Source: a virus | IMG/VR virus record: IMGVR_UViG_3300034060_000588 | Span: 18,962-82,961 of that record | DNA: 64,000 bases | Strand: one strand, 5' to 3' | Shown here: one piece after another, positions 40,549-49,807 of the stretch | How the letters are laid out: each line of letters begins with the position of its first letter | Position numbering within the stretch: position 1 is the first letter of the stretch | Made by a program: the position numbers and the translations under genes | Notes under the pieces: generated by a model | Seen by the model: the letters and a program-made list of their open reading frames with translations, nothing else | Told to the model about the DNA's origin: nothing | Database searches by the model: none

Positions 40549-41037
40549 TTAGTATACGAGAATACAACGATCCATTCTAAGCGATGCTGTAATGTCAGCT
40601 AAAGCGTCTTGGTTATAAGCCAATGAACCAAAGTTTACAGAAGTTAAAAAACAACCTTCTAAAATCCATTTTTCAACAACAACTCCGGTAGGATCCAACA
40701 TTTCTAAATCTACGTTCTTTTTATAACCCGCAGCATAACCCATACGACCAGTTACCGACTCAGCACATAGACGTACCCACTCCATAAGAGCTTGAGAGGC
40801 GGAAGGTCCGATTGGGTCTCTAAATTTAACAGAGATTTCTTCCCAGTTAAAACGACCAGCAACATAAGTAGAGGTGTTTAAAAATTGAATTTCAGTAGAA
40901 CCAACTTTAATAGACGGTCTTGCTGCACTTTCAACAAACCATTCGTTTATCCCTAAACTAGATGGAAATCTTACGATAAACCTATTCTGTCTTTTCGGTT
41001 CATACGGGATAGGCATTTTCATTAGTAAATCAGCCAT
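40549..41037 (-). CDS. Tail tube protein (T4 gp19-like)
   Basis: 162 aa. YEPKRQNRF...YVAGRFNW...YKKNVDLEMLDPTGVVVEKWILEGCF. Confidence 0.88.
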   Translation of the reverse strand: MADLLMKMPIPYEPKRQNRFIVRFPSSLGINEWFVESAARPSIKVGSTEIQFLNTSTYVAGRFNWEEISVKFRDPIGPSASQALMEWVRLCAESVTGRMGYAAGYKKNVDLEMLDPTGVVVEKWILEGCFLTSVNFGSLAYNQDALADITASLRMDRCILVY

Positions 41038-41079
41038 AATTATTAATTAAATTTTTTGTTTATTTAATTATAAATATAG

Positions 41080-41223
41080 ACCTAACAAAAATTTTTCTAT
41101 TTACTTTTATTTTTTTAAAATTATATATTATATATAACTTACTTAATTAATAATATTTAACTTTATTTTACTATTAATAATAACTAATTTTTAATTCTAT
41201 TTAAATATTAATAATAAATAATA
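41080..41223. other. Extremely AT-rich non-coding tract
   Basis: 144 nt with no G on the + strand and 11 C by my count. Confidence 0.6.
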
Positions 41224-41227
41224 GTTT

Positions 41228-42139
41228 TTAATTCTTTTTACTTATAACAATTTTTTTAGTTTCATTGTCTGATGTATCATATACAACAAAATGAATTTCT
41301 GGGTATTGGAAACTTAATTCAGTTCTAATAAAATCTTCTGCGGCTTTTACGTTTCTTACGTCATCATCGGAAAAACCAAAGGAAATTGATTTATGACCAC
41401 TATTAATCCAGTAGTCTATATCGTTCCAGATAGCTCTAACAAAATTTCCAATAGCTACTTTTTTCGCGTGTTCTGGATTTGCTGCACTCCCTTTTACATC
41501 TAACCCAAACTTTTTACCAAATTCTTCCGATGATACTGGATAATAATCCCCTTTTTCATCTAAATATAATTCTATAATTTGGTTATAATCTAATTCATTT
41601 AATTTTGAAATAAAATAGTTATTAAATCTTTTTTCATCTATAAAGGAATTAATAATATTTTTAATCATTCCCTTTTTTTGTGTCTTGGTAAATGTCATAT
41701 CAATAAACAACATTACACCTTTTTTTAAATCACTTGGTTTGTGTCCTCGTGCGGTGTTTATTGCAAACGGATTTGCATAATAAAGTACCTCTTTAAATTT
41801 TTTAGCACTTGGTGCAAATCTTTTTCTTTGTACTGCCCATTTAATATCTCTAAAGAATGGTTCGGATTCTTTGAAATCTCTAAACGCTTCCTCTGGGTTA
41901 TTATCTCTTAATCTATACTTGGGGTGGTTTCTAAGCCGTGCAAAATCCTCTGTTGATAGATCAACCGGTATCCAACTACCATCATCGTTATAATCCATTT
42001 TAATTTTGGTCGGCATAAATAATATATTATCATCCCAATCTTTCATATAAACACGAAGATTCTTTTCAACCGGTTGTTTAATTTTTTGTTCAACTAACAT
42101 CTCATCAATAATCCCTTTTACAATTTTTTTATGTAACAT
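41228..42139 (-). CDS. HAD-superfamily phosphatase-like protein
   Basis: Motif I DWDDNI, INTARGH and motif IV GFSDDD. Start moved to the ATG at 42139 (MLHKK), downstream of the promoter; the track start is 42187. Confidence 0.7.
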   Translation of the reverse strand: MLHKKIVKGIIDEMLVEQKIKQPVEKNLRVYMKDWDDNILFMPTKIKMDYNDDGSWIPVDLSTEDFARLRNHPKYRLRDNNPEEAFRDFKESEPFFRDIKWAVQRKRFAPSAKKFKEVLYYANPFAINTARGHKPSDLKKGVMLFIDMTFTKTQKKGMIKNIINSFIDEKRFNNYFISKLNELDYNQIIELYLDEKGDYYPVSSEEFGKKFGLDVKGSAANPEHAKKVAIGNFVRAIWNDIDYWINSGHKSISFGFSDDDVRNVKAAEDFIRTELSFQYPEIHFVVYDTSDNETKKIVISKKN

Positions 42140-42157
42140 AACCTTATTTAATATGTA

Positions 42158-42188
42158 CAAAGTTAAAAATAAATTCCGTATAAACAAA
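42158..42188 (-). promoter_or_regulatory. Bacteroidota-type primary-sigma promoter (-33/-7)
   Basis: TTTG-N19-TAACTTTG on the - strand, matching the TTTG-N19-21-TAnnTTTG consensus. Confidence 0.6.
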
Positions 42189-42214
42189 AAAACCTCACAA
42201 AAAAATTCGTGAGG
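42186..42214 (-). terminator. Intrinsic terminator after the fibre-like cluster
   Basis: Stem cctcac/gtgagg with a U-tract on the - strand. Confidence 0.55.
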
Positions 42215-42239
42215 CTCTTGATTATGATTAATTTTTTTA

Positions 42240-43460
42240 TTAAGGTACGATTTCTAAAACAGTACCATTTCTCCAAACTGTTCCTGGTGCAAGACCTGCT
42301 GAACTTGTTGGTATATTACTAATGTGTAAACAGTTTACGTGTGTTGTGTTTGCAGCTGTACTTGTAATATCATTACCAATAATAAATGAACAATCGTTAA
42401 CAATTTTATTATTACAACCACCAAGTATACCACCAAATTGATTATTTATAGTATTACCAGATCCACTACCTATTATTGTAAAACATCCATTTGATATTTT
42501 ATTACCATAACCACCACTAATTGTTGACATATTAAAGAATGCGGTATTAAAACGGCCACCAGTTACAGATGAAGAAGGACAAAATGCTGTATTGTCCGTA
42601 CCACCACCAACAAATGTTGCCAAAGCAAGTGCTGAATTATTAACACCACCACCAACAAAAGCACAACCACCAGAACCAGCTCTATTATTAAGACCACCAC
42701 CAACAAATGAGTAACCACCTGTTGCTTTATTTGTTGCACCGCCAACAACTGTTGACCAAGATGTTGATGCGGTATTTTGACAACCACCACCTACAAATGA
42801 AAAACAGTTGTTTGCTGTATGATTAAAACCACCAACAACTGTTGAATAATCGTTATTTGTTATACTGCCGCAGCCGCCAATAATAGTTGAATAACAACCG
42901 ACTGATAAATTACATCTACCACCACCAATAAATGAACCGTAACAATTTGTTGCATTACGTACACCACCAACTATAGTTGAATATAAACTTGTTGTAGTAT
43001 TTAAGGATCCACCCAAAATTACCGAACTAGTACTTGACGTGTTTGACTGTCCACCACCAATTACTGAATGAGAACCACTTGATGTGTTATAATATCCACC
43101 ACCAACAAATGAACTATAACCACTTGATGTGTTACACCATCCACCCACAATAGATGAAGCATAACCGTTTGTTCTATTATTTAAACCACTACCAACAAAC
43201 GAAAAACAGTCATTAGTTGTATTACCAGACCCACCACCTATAACCGAACAATTACCTAATGATTTATTATTAATACCACCACTAACTAAAGAATAGCTAG
43301 CATTTGCTGTATTGTTAGTACCAACTCTAACAGTAGAGCAAGTTCCAGTTCCCGCTGAATAAATTGTTGGTCCACCAACTCCGGAAAGACCACTACCATC
43401 ACCATAAAATGTTGTACCACTTATTGTTATTGCTGATATACTATCACTTATAAATCCCAT
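42240..43460 (-). CDS. Gly-repeat beta-solenoid fibre/adhesin-like protein C
   Basis: 406 aa. Many ~15-aa repeats of form S-x-V-GGG-x-x-N-T. C-terminus NIPTSSAGL..G.VWRNGTVLEIVP. Confidence 0.65.
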   Translation of the reverse strand: MGFISDSISAITISGTTFYGDGSGLSGVGGPTIYSAGTGTCSTVRVGTNNTANASYSLVSGGINNKSLGNCSVIGGGSGNTTNDCFSFVGSGLNNRTNGYASSIVGGWCNTSSGYSSFVGGGYYNTSSGSHSVIGGGQSNTSSTSSVILGGSLNTTTSLYSTIVGGVRNATNCYGSFIGGGRCNLSVGCYSTIIGGCGSITNNDYSTVVGGFNHTANNCFSFVGGGCQNTASTSWSTVVGGATNKATGGYSFVGGGLNNRAGSGGCAFVGGGVNNSALALATFVGGGTDNTAFCPSSSVTGGRFNTAFFNMSTISGGYGNKISNGCFTIIGSGSGNTINNQFGGILGGCNNKIVNDCSFIIGNDITSTAANTTHVNCLHISNIPTSSAGLAPGTVWRNGTVLEIVP

Positions 43461-43480
43461 ATTTTATTTTTTTTAATTTT

Positions 43481-44194
43481 TTATACAAATGTTCCTGATG
43501 TTACCCAAGAACCACCAACTCTTTTTTCTATTATAAATGTTGCCCCAGATATTCTCATTCTCCAAGACCCATTTGTGTTCACATCTCCAAAATAAATATA
43601 TCCGGATGACTGGATATTGGCATTTGGCATATAAACCATATCATTTTCTGTTGCAATAATACTTTGTCCACCTACAACAGCACTTCTTGTACCAATAGAT
43701 TTATTTGCATAACCACCAAGTATCATTGAGCAATCACCTACCGTTGTGTTTGACCATCCACCACCAATAAATGAATAACAACCACTTGATGTGTTTTGAT
43801 AACCACCACTTACAATTGAAGCACTTCCACTTGATGTGTTTTGTATTCCACCACTTACGGTTGAGCAATTAGCTGAAGCTGTATTGTCAGTACCACCATT
43901 TACTGTTGAAAAATATGAACTGGCCGTGTTTCTTCTTCCACCACTTACAGTTGAGGTTGAGCCAATTGCTTTATTTTGTATTCCACCACTAACAGTTGAG
44001 GAATTGTTATTTGCGGTATTTTGTTGTCCTCCCGTTACAATTGAGTAGTCACCAATTGCTGAGTTATTATTCCCAATTCTTTGTGTTGAGTCTATTCCAG
44101 AACCCACTTCATACAGTGAAGAACCACCTGGTGTAATTTCCGTTCCACAAACAAATAGTTTTATTGTTTCTATTTTGTCTACATTTAAAGGCAT
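43481..44194 (-). CDS. Gly-repeat beta-solenoid fibre/adhesin-like protein B
   Basis: 237 aa. Same repeats; N-terminus identical to 44219..45028; different C-terminus. Confidence 0.65.
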   Translation of the reverse strand: MPLNVDKIETIKLFVCGTEITPGGSSLYEVGSGIDSTQRIGNNNSAIGDYSIVTGGQQNTANNNSSTVSGGIQNKAIGSTSTVSGGRRNTASSYFSTVNGGTDNTASANCSTVSGGIQNTSSGSASIVSGGYQNTSSGCYSFIGGGWSNTTVGDCSMILGGYANKSIGTRSAVVGGQSIIATENDMVYMPNANIQSSGYIYFGDVNTNGSWRMRISGATFIIEKRVGGSWVTSGTFV

Positions 44195-44218
44195 AATTTT
44201 TTGTTTTTAATTTTTTTA

Positions 44219-45028
44219 TTAAGGTACGATTTCTAAAACAGTACCATTTCTCCAAACAGAGCCAGATGGTAATCCAGCAGATGATGTTGGTATATTTTTA
44301 ATAGACAAATTATTAACAAAAGTTGCACAAACTCTATCGGTAGAAATATTTGCACCAACAATAAATGAACAATCGTGTTGTGCTGTATTACATTGTCCAC
44401 CAAGTATTGCCGAACGACCATTTATTGATGTGTTACAATAACCACCACTTACGGTTGAATAAGACCCACTTGATGTGTTACGATATCCACCACTTACGGT
44501 TGAATTATAACCACTTGATGTGTTAAGATAACCACCACCTACGGTTGCGTAATCCCCACTTGATGTGTTACTTCGTCCACCACCTACGGTTGAATTATAA
44601 TCTCCACTTGATGTGTTATTATAACCACCACCTACGGTTGCGTAATCCCCACTTGTTGTGTTATATGATCCTCCACCAATTGTTTGTCCATTATAATATG
44701 ATGAAACAGTTACATTACCAGTTCCACCAGCAATTGTATTACCATAACTTTCATAACAAGCGCTATAAGATGATATTGTATTACAAGAACCTCCACCAAT
44801 TGTTGACCCATATATTGGAGCATTATAATATGATGAAAATGTACCTATTGTGTTTCTTTCACCACCACTAATTACCGAACAATCACCATTTGCTTCGTTA
44901 TTAACACCGATTCTTTGTGTTGAACATAGGCCAGAACCAGTCTCATAAAGTGAAGAGCCGCCCGGTAATATTTCCGTTCCACAAACAAATAATTTTATTG
45001 TTTCTATTTTATCTACATTTAAAGGCAT
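44219..45028 (-). CDS. Gly-repeat beta-solenoid fibre/adhesin-like protein A
   Basis: 269 aa. Shares its N-terminus with gene B and its C-terminus with gene C. Confidence 0.65.
   Translation of the reverse strand: MPLNVDKIETIKLFVCGTEILPGGSSLYETGSGLCSTQRIGVNNEANGDCSVISGGERNTIGTFSSYYNAPIYGSTIGGGSCNTISSYSACYESYGNTIAGGTGNVTVSSYYNGQTIGGGSYNTTSGDYATVGGGYNNTSSGDYNSTVGGGRSNTSSGDYATVGGGYLNTSSGYNSTVSGGYRNTSSGSYSTVSGGYCNTSINGRSAILGGQCNTAQHDCSFIVGANISTDRVCATFVNNLSIKNIPTSSAGLPSGSVWRNGTVLEIVP
44427..44699. repeat. Intragenic 45-bp tandem repeat (about 6 units)
   Basis: g(a/t)tgtgtt anchors at 44427, 44472, 44517, 44562, 44610 and 44655 (spacing 45, 45, 45, 48, 45). Confidence 0.85.
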
Positions 45029-45113
45029 AATTTTTTGTTTTTAAATCTTTATTTTATTATAAATATTTACAGTTTAGTTAAACTAACTATTATTTCGCTT
45101 TTTTTATGAAAAG

Positions 45114-45143
45114 AAAAACCCCCACCGTTAAGTGAGGGTTTCT
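45114..45143 (-). terminator. Intrinsic terminator after tail sheath gene
   Basis: Imperfect stem aaaccc-c-cac / gtg-a-gggttt with a U-rich tail on the - strand. Confidence 0.55.
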
Positions 45144-45160
45144 ATTAAGTTTGATAGTTT

Positions 45161-48100
45161 TTAAATATCCTCAAACGATGCACCAGTTGGTGTGATATAG
45201 AATGTAATATCTATAAATTCTAGTGAACGTGTTGGTTTGATATAAATTTTACCAGTCATTTGGTTTCTGTCTAAATCAGAAGTATCGGAAGATACCGTAA
45301 CTCTAAAGTCATATAAACCTCTATCTCTTCTAATTGCATCCAAAATTGGGTTTACAGCATTTAAAAAGTCTTGACGTACTTGTTCATCGTTTTGATCAAA
45401 CAACAATCTTACAGATACAGCAGAAATCAATTTACGAGCTTGTAGTAACAATCTTCTTACGTTGATTCTATCAAGAGCTGATTCTCTAATTTGAAGTGTT
45501 TTATTACCCCAGATTACAGTACCAACATCAGAGAAGGTTGCGATTGGGTTAATTCTTCCTTGATATAAAGTATCTCTGTCTTCTTGTGTTAATTTCTTAC
45601 GAGCTTTAACCGCATTAACCAAACCACGAGTGTAACCAGCCGCCGCAAACCAAGGGAATGCGATATTATCAGTAAGTGCCAAGTTTCTTGTAACTTCAGC
45701 CGTTGCTGGAATGTAGATTTGTGTGTTATTTACACTATCTCTTGTTAATACCCAAGGATAATATGTTGCAGTGTAGTTAGAGTCAATACCGGCTTCTTCT
45801 AAATTATCAACAGCTTCTTGAGGGTAAATTAAACCATCAGTACCAGTTGTTGTTGGTAAGAATAAGTTGTAATCAGGACTAGTTGCAATATATAAAGAGT
45901 CTGCTCTTTCGTACTCAATCATCTCAATAGCTTCACCAATAAGATCACTGTTATTAACATAATCAACACCTGGCGTTGTAAATACATTAATGTTCACAGC
46001 TTCTGGATTAGCAAATGTTCTAATACCTAATAAATAAGCGTAATAATCTGTATTACCGTATTCTTTAGTACCATCACCAACAGATATTTGTTTGAAAGCA
46101 CCCCAACCTGTTGCATCTGGGTATCTATCTGTGTTACAAGCACCATTTAAGAACCCTTTACGACCTAATACATAGTTATCGCCATTTGTTCTATATTCTC
46201 TGTATATATCCCATCCGTCAAATCCACCTTGAACAAACAAAGTATATTTTCTTGAGTATAATCTATAATATGGGTTTGTATCAACCGTTGGTTCAGAAGA
46301 GAACGGTGCGTCACCAACAAAGAATCTAGGGTCACCACTACTAACAAAATTACCATTGATTGTAATACCAGAAGCATTCTTATCCATATGGAAACCTCTT
46401 GTCTTATAATTCCAATTAGAACCATCTAGATCACAAGATGTTAATGGATTTTGTTTACCAGTATACTCAAAGAAGTCAGAGTCATATCCTAATTGATTTG
46501 AAAACCCTAAATAAGTACGTCTTACATTATCACCAGAACTCAACGTTGTGTTATCACTACCCGTTGATGTACCAAATGGTGGATTCCAAATAACTTCACC
46601 AGGGAAATTATATTTTGTTTTATAAATTGGATATGGTGGTTTAGCTCCAGCATATTCTCTAAATGTATATCCATCAAAACCACAAGGTAACGCATCTACT
46701 GGTGCATCCTCATTCATCTCAACCATAATAAATTTAGAGTTTAATTGGTATTCACCATCTAAAGTACCAATTTTCTTTGCAACAAAATTATTTTGTGATG
46801 GGTTCATTGAACAATTCGTGAATTTTTCTAAAACTGTTGGGTTAGAATCTGTATCATAATAATCTCTAACTAAAACACTAAATGTTCCGTTAGCAAATGA
46901 AATGTCAAAAATTGAAACTTTAACATTGGTATTTGCAGAATTACCATCAGCTACCGTATAAAACTTAAATAAGTCAAACACTTTATTACCTCTTACTTCA
47001 GATACAACCCAAGGAGAAGATGGTGTTTGATACCTATCCAAATACCAACCAATAGAAGTATTTGACTCACTTTGTGCTGAGTCAAGAGCGATTAAGTCTG
47101 AACTTAAACCTCTAATATATCCTTTTTTGTATGCATAATTTAAAAACGATTGGAATCTTTCCTCTAAAAACAAAGGAACGACAGCTTTAGGTTTTGCAAA
47201 GTTAGATGTACCAAACACTTTTGAAACATATTCAGCATCATTAGATGTGAAAGACGTTTCAAAACTGAAAGAAGAACCAGCAGTATTTGTAACATTAACA
47301 AGGAACGTTGAATAAGGATCTTTTGTTACTGCTGAGTATGGTCCAGTCATATCTAAAGAAACATCAGTTAAACCAGTAACTTCATATGTTGGTACATTAC
47401 TATCTGTATAAGTTGCAATACCTCTAGAACGTAATGTTGCAACAACAATATCGTCATAATCTGTAAAAGTGTTACCAGTATAGTAATAGATTTTACCAAC
47501 AACAGTACCAGAATAACACTCAACAATAGCCGCTTCAGTTGTTGTGGTTGTTATGACCGGAACTGGAGTAACACAAGGGTTAGTTGTTGTTGAAGTTGTA
47601 GATGTTGACGTTGTAGACGTTGAGATTGGATTTAAAAGGGTTAAATTTTGAACAATTGTCCAGAAAGAAAACCCAGTATAATTACCATTCCCAGTTGGGT
47701 CAAACAAAGAATAAAACCAAGGATCGTTAGTTGAATCACTTAATGTATTTGCTGTGAAAGTTAAATTAGGTACTTCAAAAACGTTTGTTTCTGCCGTAAA
47801 GCCCATTGTTGTCATACCCGAATAATCAACACCATCAACACTACCAAAGTAATTTATATTCTCATCTTCCGCTATAAGTGGAACTGGATCTGTAATTGTT
47901 GATAATATTAATTGTTGGACACTATCGTTAATTGATATGGTACTACCATCAAATAACGGAGTTTGTTCATTTAAAATAGATTCTATAATTGTTGGGAATG
48001 AATCTAAATAAAAAATAGAGCTTGCTGAGTTGGTACAACCAGTGAAATCAACACTAAATGATGTTGTTTTAGCTGAAGTACAAACAAATTCACAATCCAC

Positions 48101-48490
48101 TACTGCACCGGTTAAACAATAAACGTCAATTGTTGCAGGATCTACGTTTGCAACCGTTTTAATAGACCAAGATGGTCCAGCGTCATAACCTGATAAACCT
48201 AAAATTCTTGTTACAAACAATTGGTTAGATTGTTGTAAATACGATTTTGCGATATACGCGGCCTCATATTTAGGTATTTGAGTGTTGATAAATTTAGTTG
48301 GGGATGTACCACCAAAGTACGTTTGAAACTCGTCAAAATTTCTTACGAAGATCGGTTCGAAAGCGGGACCTCTTAAAGTCTCACCAACAATACCTAAAGT
48401 TGTAACACCAACGCTTTGGGCTACAAAACTTAAATCTACTTCAGAAGTATAAACACCTGGTGATACGAATACTTTACTGTTAGTTGCCAT
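45161..48490 (-). CDS. Tail sheath protein
   Basis: 1109 aa. FVSPGVYTSEVDLS at the N-terminus; PWFAAAGYTRG, LYQGRINPI, WGNKTL and RINVRRLL at the C-terminus. Confidence 0.95.
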   Translation of the reverse strand: MATNSKVFVSPGVYTSEVDLSFVAQSVGVTTLGIVGETLRGPAFEPIFVRNFDEFQTYFGGTSPTKFINTQIPKYEAAYIAKSYLQQSNQLFVTRILGLSGYDAGPSWSIKTVANVDPATIDVYCLTGAVVDCEFVCTSAKTTSFSVDFTGCTNSASSIFYLDSFPTIIESILNEQTPLFDGSTISINDSVQQLILSTITDPVPLIAEDENINYFGSVDGVDYSGMTTMGFTAETNVFEVPNLTFTANTLSDSTNDPWFYSLFDPTGNGNYTGFSFWTIVQNLTLLNPISTSTTSTSTTSTTTNPCVTPVPVITTTTTEAAIVECYSGTVVGKIYYYTGNTFTDYDDIVVATLRSRGIATYTDSNVPTYEVTGLTDVSLDMTGPYSAVTKDPYSTFLVNVTNTAGSSFSFETSFTSNDAEYVSKVFGTSNFAKPKAVVPLFLEERFQSFLNYAYKKGYIRGLSSDLIALDSAQSESNTSIGWYLDRYQTPSSPWVVSEVRGNKVFDLFKFYTVADGNSANTNVKVSIFDISFANGTFSVLVRDYYDTDSNPTVLEKFTNCSMNPSQNNFVAKKIGTLDGEYQLNSKFIMVEMNEDAPVDALPCGFDGYTFREYAGAKPPYPIYKTKYNFPGEVIWNPPFGTSTGSDNTTLSSGDNVRRTYLGFSNQLGYDSDFFEYTGKQNPLTSCDLDGSNWNYKTRGFHMDKNASGITINGNFVSSGDPRFFVGDAPFSSEPTVDTNPYYRLYSRKYTLFVQGGFDGWDIYREYRTNGDNYVLGRKGFLNGACNTDRYPDATGWGAFKQISVGDGTKEYGNTDYYAYLLGIRTFANPEAVNINVFTTPGVDYVNNSDLIGEAIEMIEYERADSLYIATSPDYNLFLPTTTGTDGLIYPQEAVDNLEEAGIDSNYTATYYPWVLTRDSVNNTQIYIPATAEVTRNLALTDNIAFPWFAAAGYTRGLVNAVKARKKLTQEDRDTLYQGRINPIATFSDVGTVIWGNKTLQIRESALDRINVRRLLLQARKLISAVSVRLLFDQNDEQVRQDFLNAVNPILDAIRRDRGLYDFRVTVSSDTSDLDRNQMTGKIYIKPTRSLEFIDITFYITPTGASFEDI

Positions 48491-48609
48491 TTTTTTTATT
48501 GTTTTATTTTTTTATTTATTATTATAAATATTATGAAATTTTGTAAAAACTTTACATAAAAAAAAGTATTTATATTTTGGTAGGTTTTTTTTCTACCTTT
48601 TTTCTACCT

Positions 48610-48774
48610 ATGGATAAGGATGTCAAAAAGATAAAAAATTTAAAGATCGCTGTTGAAGTTCACGAAGTCTTGAAAAAGTATTGTGACAAGCGGGGAATAA
48701 AAATGTATAGGTTTTTGGAAAACTTAATACTAGAAAAATGTAAAGAAAAGAAGGATATTTACGGCGAAGATTAA
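48610..48774 (+). CDS. Ribbon-helix-helix DNA-binding protein
   Basis: 54 aa from the ATG at 48610: IKNLKIAVEVHEVLKKYCDKRGIKMYRFLENLI fits a beta-alpha-alpha RHH pattern. Divergent from the sheath gene. Confidence 0.65.
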   Translation: MDKDVKKIKNLKIAVEVHEVLKKYCDKRGIKMYRFLENLILEKCKEKKDIYGED

Positions 48775-49805
48775 AGTAATTTTTGTTGGAAAATAATTTG
48801 AGCACTATCTGTCGTAACATTTTTTACTGTAATAATTTTTATTACGTCATTTGTATTAACTTGTATTTCAGAAAGATTTGTTCCGTAAAAATCGTCATTG
48901 ATATAAACAGTGTAATCATTCGTGTTAATTGTATTTGATAAAAATAAATCCGCAATATATTCTATTGTTAATGTTTTTTCTGTTTCGGTTGTTGAGAAGT
49001 TAAACACCAACTCTGATGGTTTATTATCACGTCTTTTTTTACTTCGTTTTGTACTTGCAGTATCTGTCTCATATATTTGAAAGATTCTACTTACCGCTGG
49101 TTGTACCTCAAATTCGTCTTCATCTATTAAAAAACCCATCATTGTAAATTCATATTTTTGTATATAGAATTTTCTTTTTTCTAAATCCACAACAGACTCA
49201 TCAGTATTACCATCAAATTTTATTGGGATATAATGACCCTTAATCATTTGATACGACTGTAAAGAAGAAAACTTTGTAAGAACAATCTGATTAAATTTAT
49301 TTAATTCTCGCATTCTATTACAAATTATTGCAACAGTAAATTTAATATCAACAGGTACTGGTTGTGGTATTTTATAAATGTCCATACCGTGTCTTTGACC
49401 GTCCCAAGTTGGTACTCTAGCGTAAAAATATAACCTCCTATTTGGTATGTTATAAATTATTGCCGGGTTATTACCGTATTTAACTTCCGGATTACGAATA
49501 ACCGTAATAAAAGGGGGTTCTATATTCTTGTCTATATTTTGAAAATTCCAGGTTTCAACAAACTGCGACCAGTTTTGAGTTGTAACTAAAATATCAACCA
49601 TAGGCACAGTAGTACCCTCAACAACAGTTTTTAATTCGTCACGAACAAAATCTAAAAAACCCCTATCTAAATCAGCATGTAAAATTGATTTAGGTAAATA
49701 CGTACCATCTTCAGCGATCATATCTGCCAATTCTTCCCGTCTAGGAAATAAAGTTTTACTTCTAGTAAGTGGTATATCTTTTTTAATTTTTTTCGGTAAA
49801 CTCAT
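48771..49805 (-). CDS. Putative tail completion / terminator protein
   Basis: 344 aa upstream of the sheath. PVPVDIKFTVAII..RMRELNK resembles gp15-like tail terminators. Mostly a positional call. Confidence 0.5.
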   Translation of the reverse strand: MSLPKKIKKDIPLTRSKTLFPRREELADMIAEDGTYLPKSILHADLDRGFLDFVRDELKTVVEGTTVPMVDILVTTQNWSQFVETWNFQNIDKNIEPPFITVIRNPEVKYGNNPAIIYNIPNRRLYFYARVPTWDGQRHGMDIYKIPQPVPVDIKFTVAIICNRMRELNKFNQIVLTKFSSLQSYQMIKGHYIPIKFDGNTDESVVDLEKRKFYIQKYEFTMMGFLIDEDEFEVQPAVSRIFQIYETDTASTKRSKKRRDNKPSELVFNFSTTETEKTLTIEYIADLFLSNTINTNDYTVYINDDFYGTNLSEIQVNTNDVIKIITVKNVTTDSAQIIFQQKLL

Positions 49806-49807
49806 TT

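Larger units (their letters stand above)
42228..44257. repeat. 51-bp exact direct repeat covering the 3' ends of two fibre-like genes
   Basis: 42228-42278 equals 44207-44257; encodes VWRNGTVLEIVP* plus trailer. Confidence 0.9.
44136..45044. repeat. 75-bp near-exact direct repeat covering the 5' ends of two fibre-like genes
   Basis: 44136-44210 versus 44970-45044, 73/75 identical; leader plus MPLNVDKIETIKLFVCGTEI. Confidence 0.9.

Noticed and set aside
44427-44699. Regular 45-bp repeats as a CRISPR array
   Set aside because: The units are in-frame coding repeats without unique spacers, and there are no cas genes in the window.
42228-45044. Diversity-generating retroelement TR/VR pair or invertible shufflon
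   Set aside because: No reverse transcriptase or invertase in the window. Repeats are direct and nearly identical, without the many adenine-specific mismatches expected of TR/VR.
13590-48490. Bacterial extracellular contractile injection system or tailocin
   Set aside because: Interleaved PolB, helicase, SSB, RNR and neck genes indicate a replicating phage genome.
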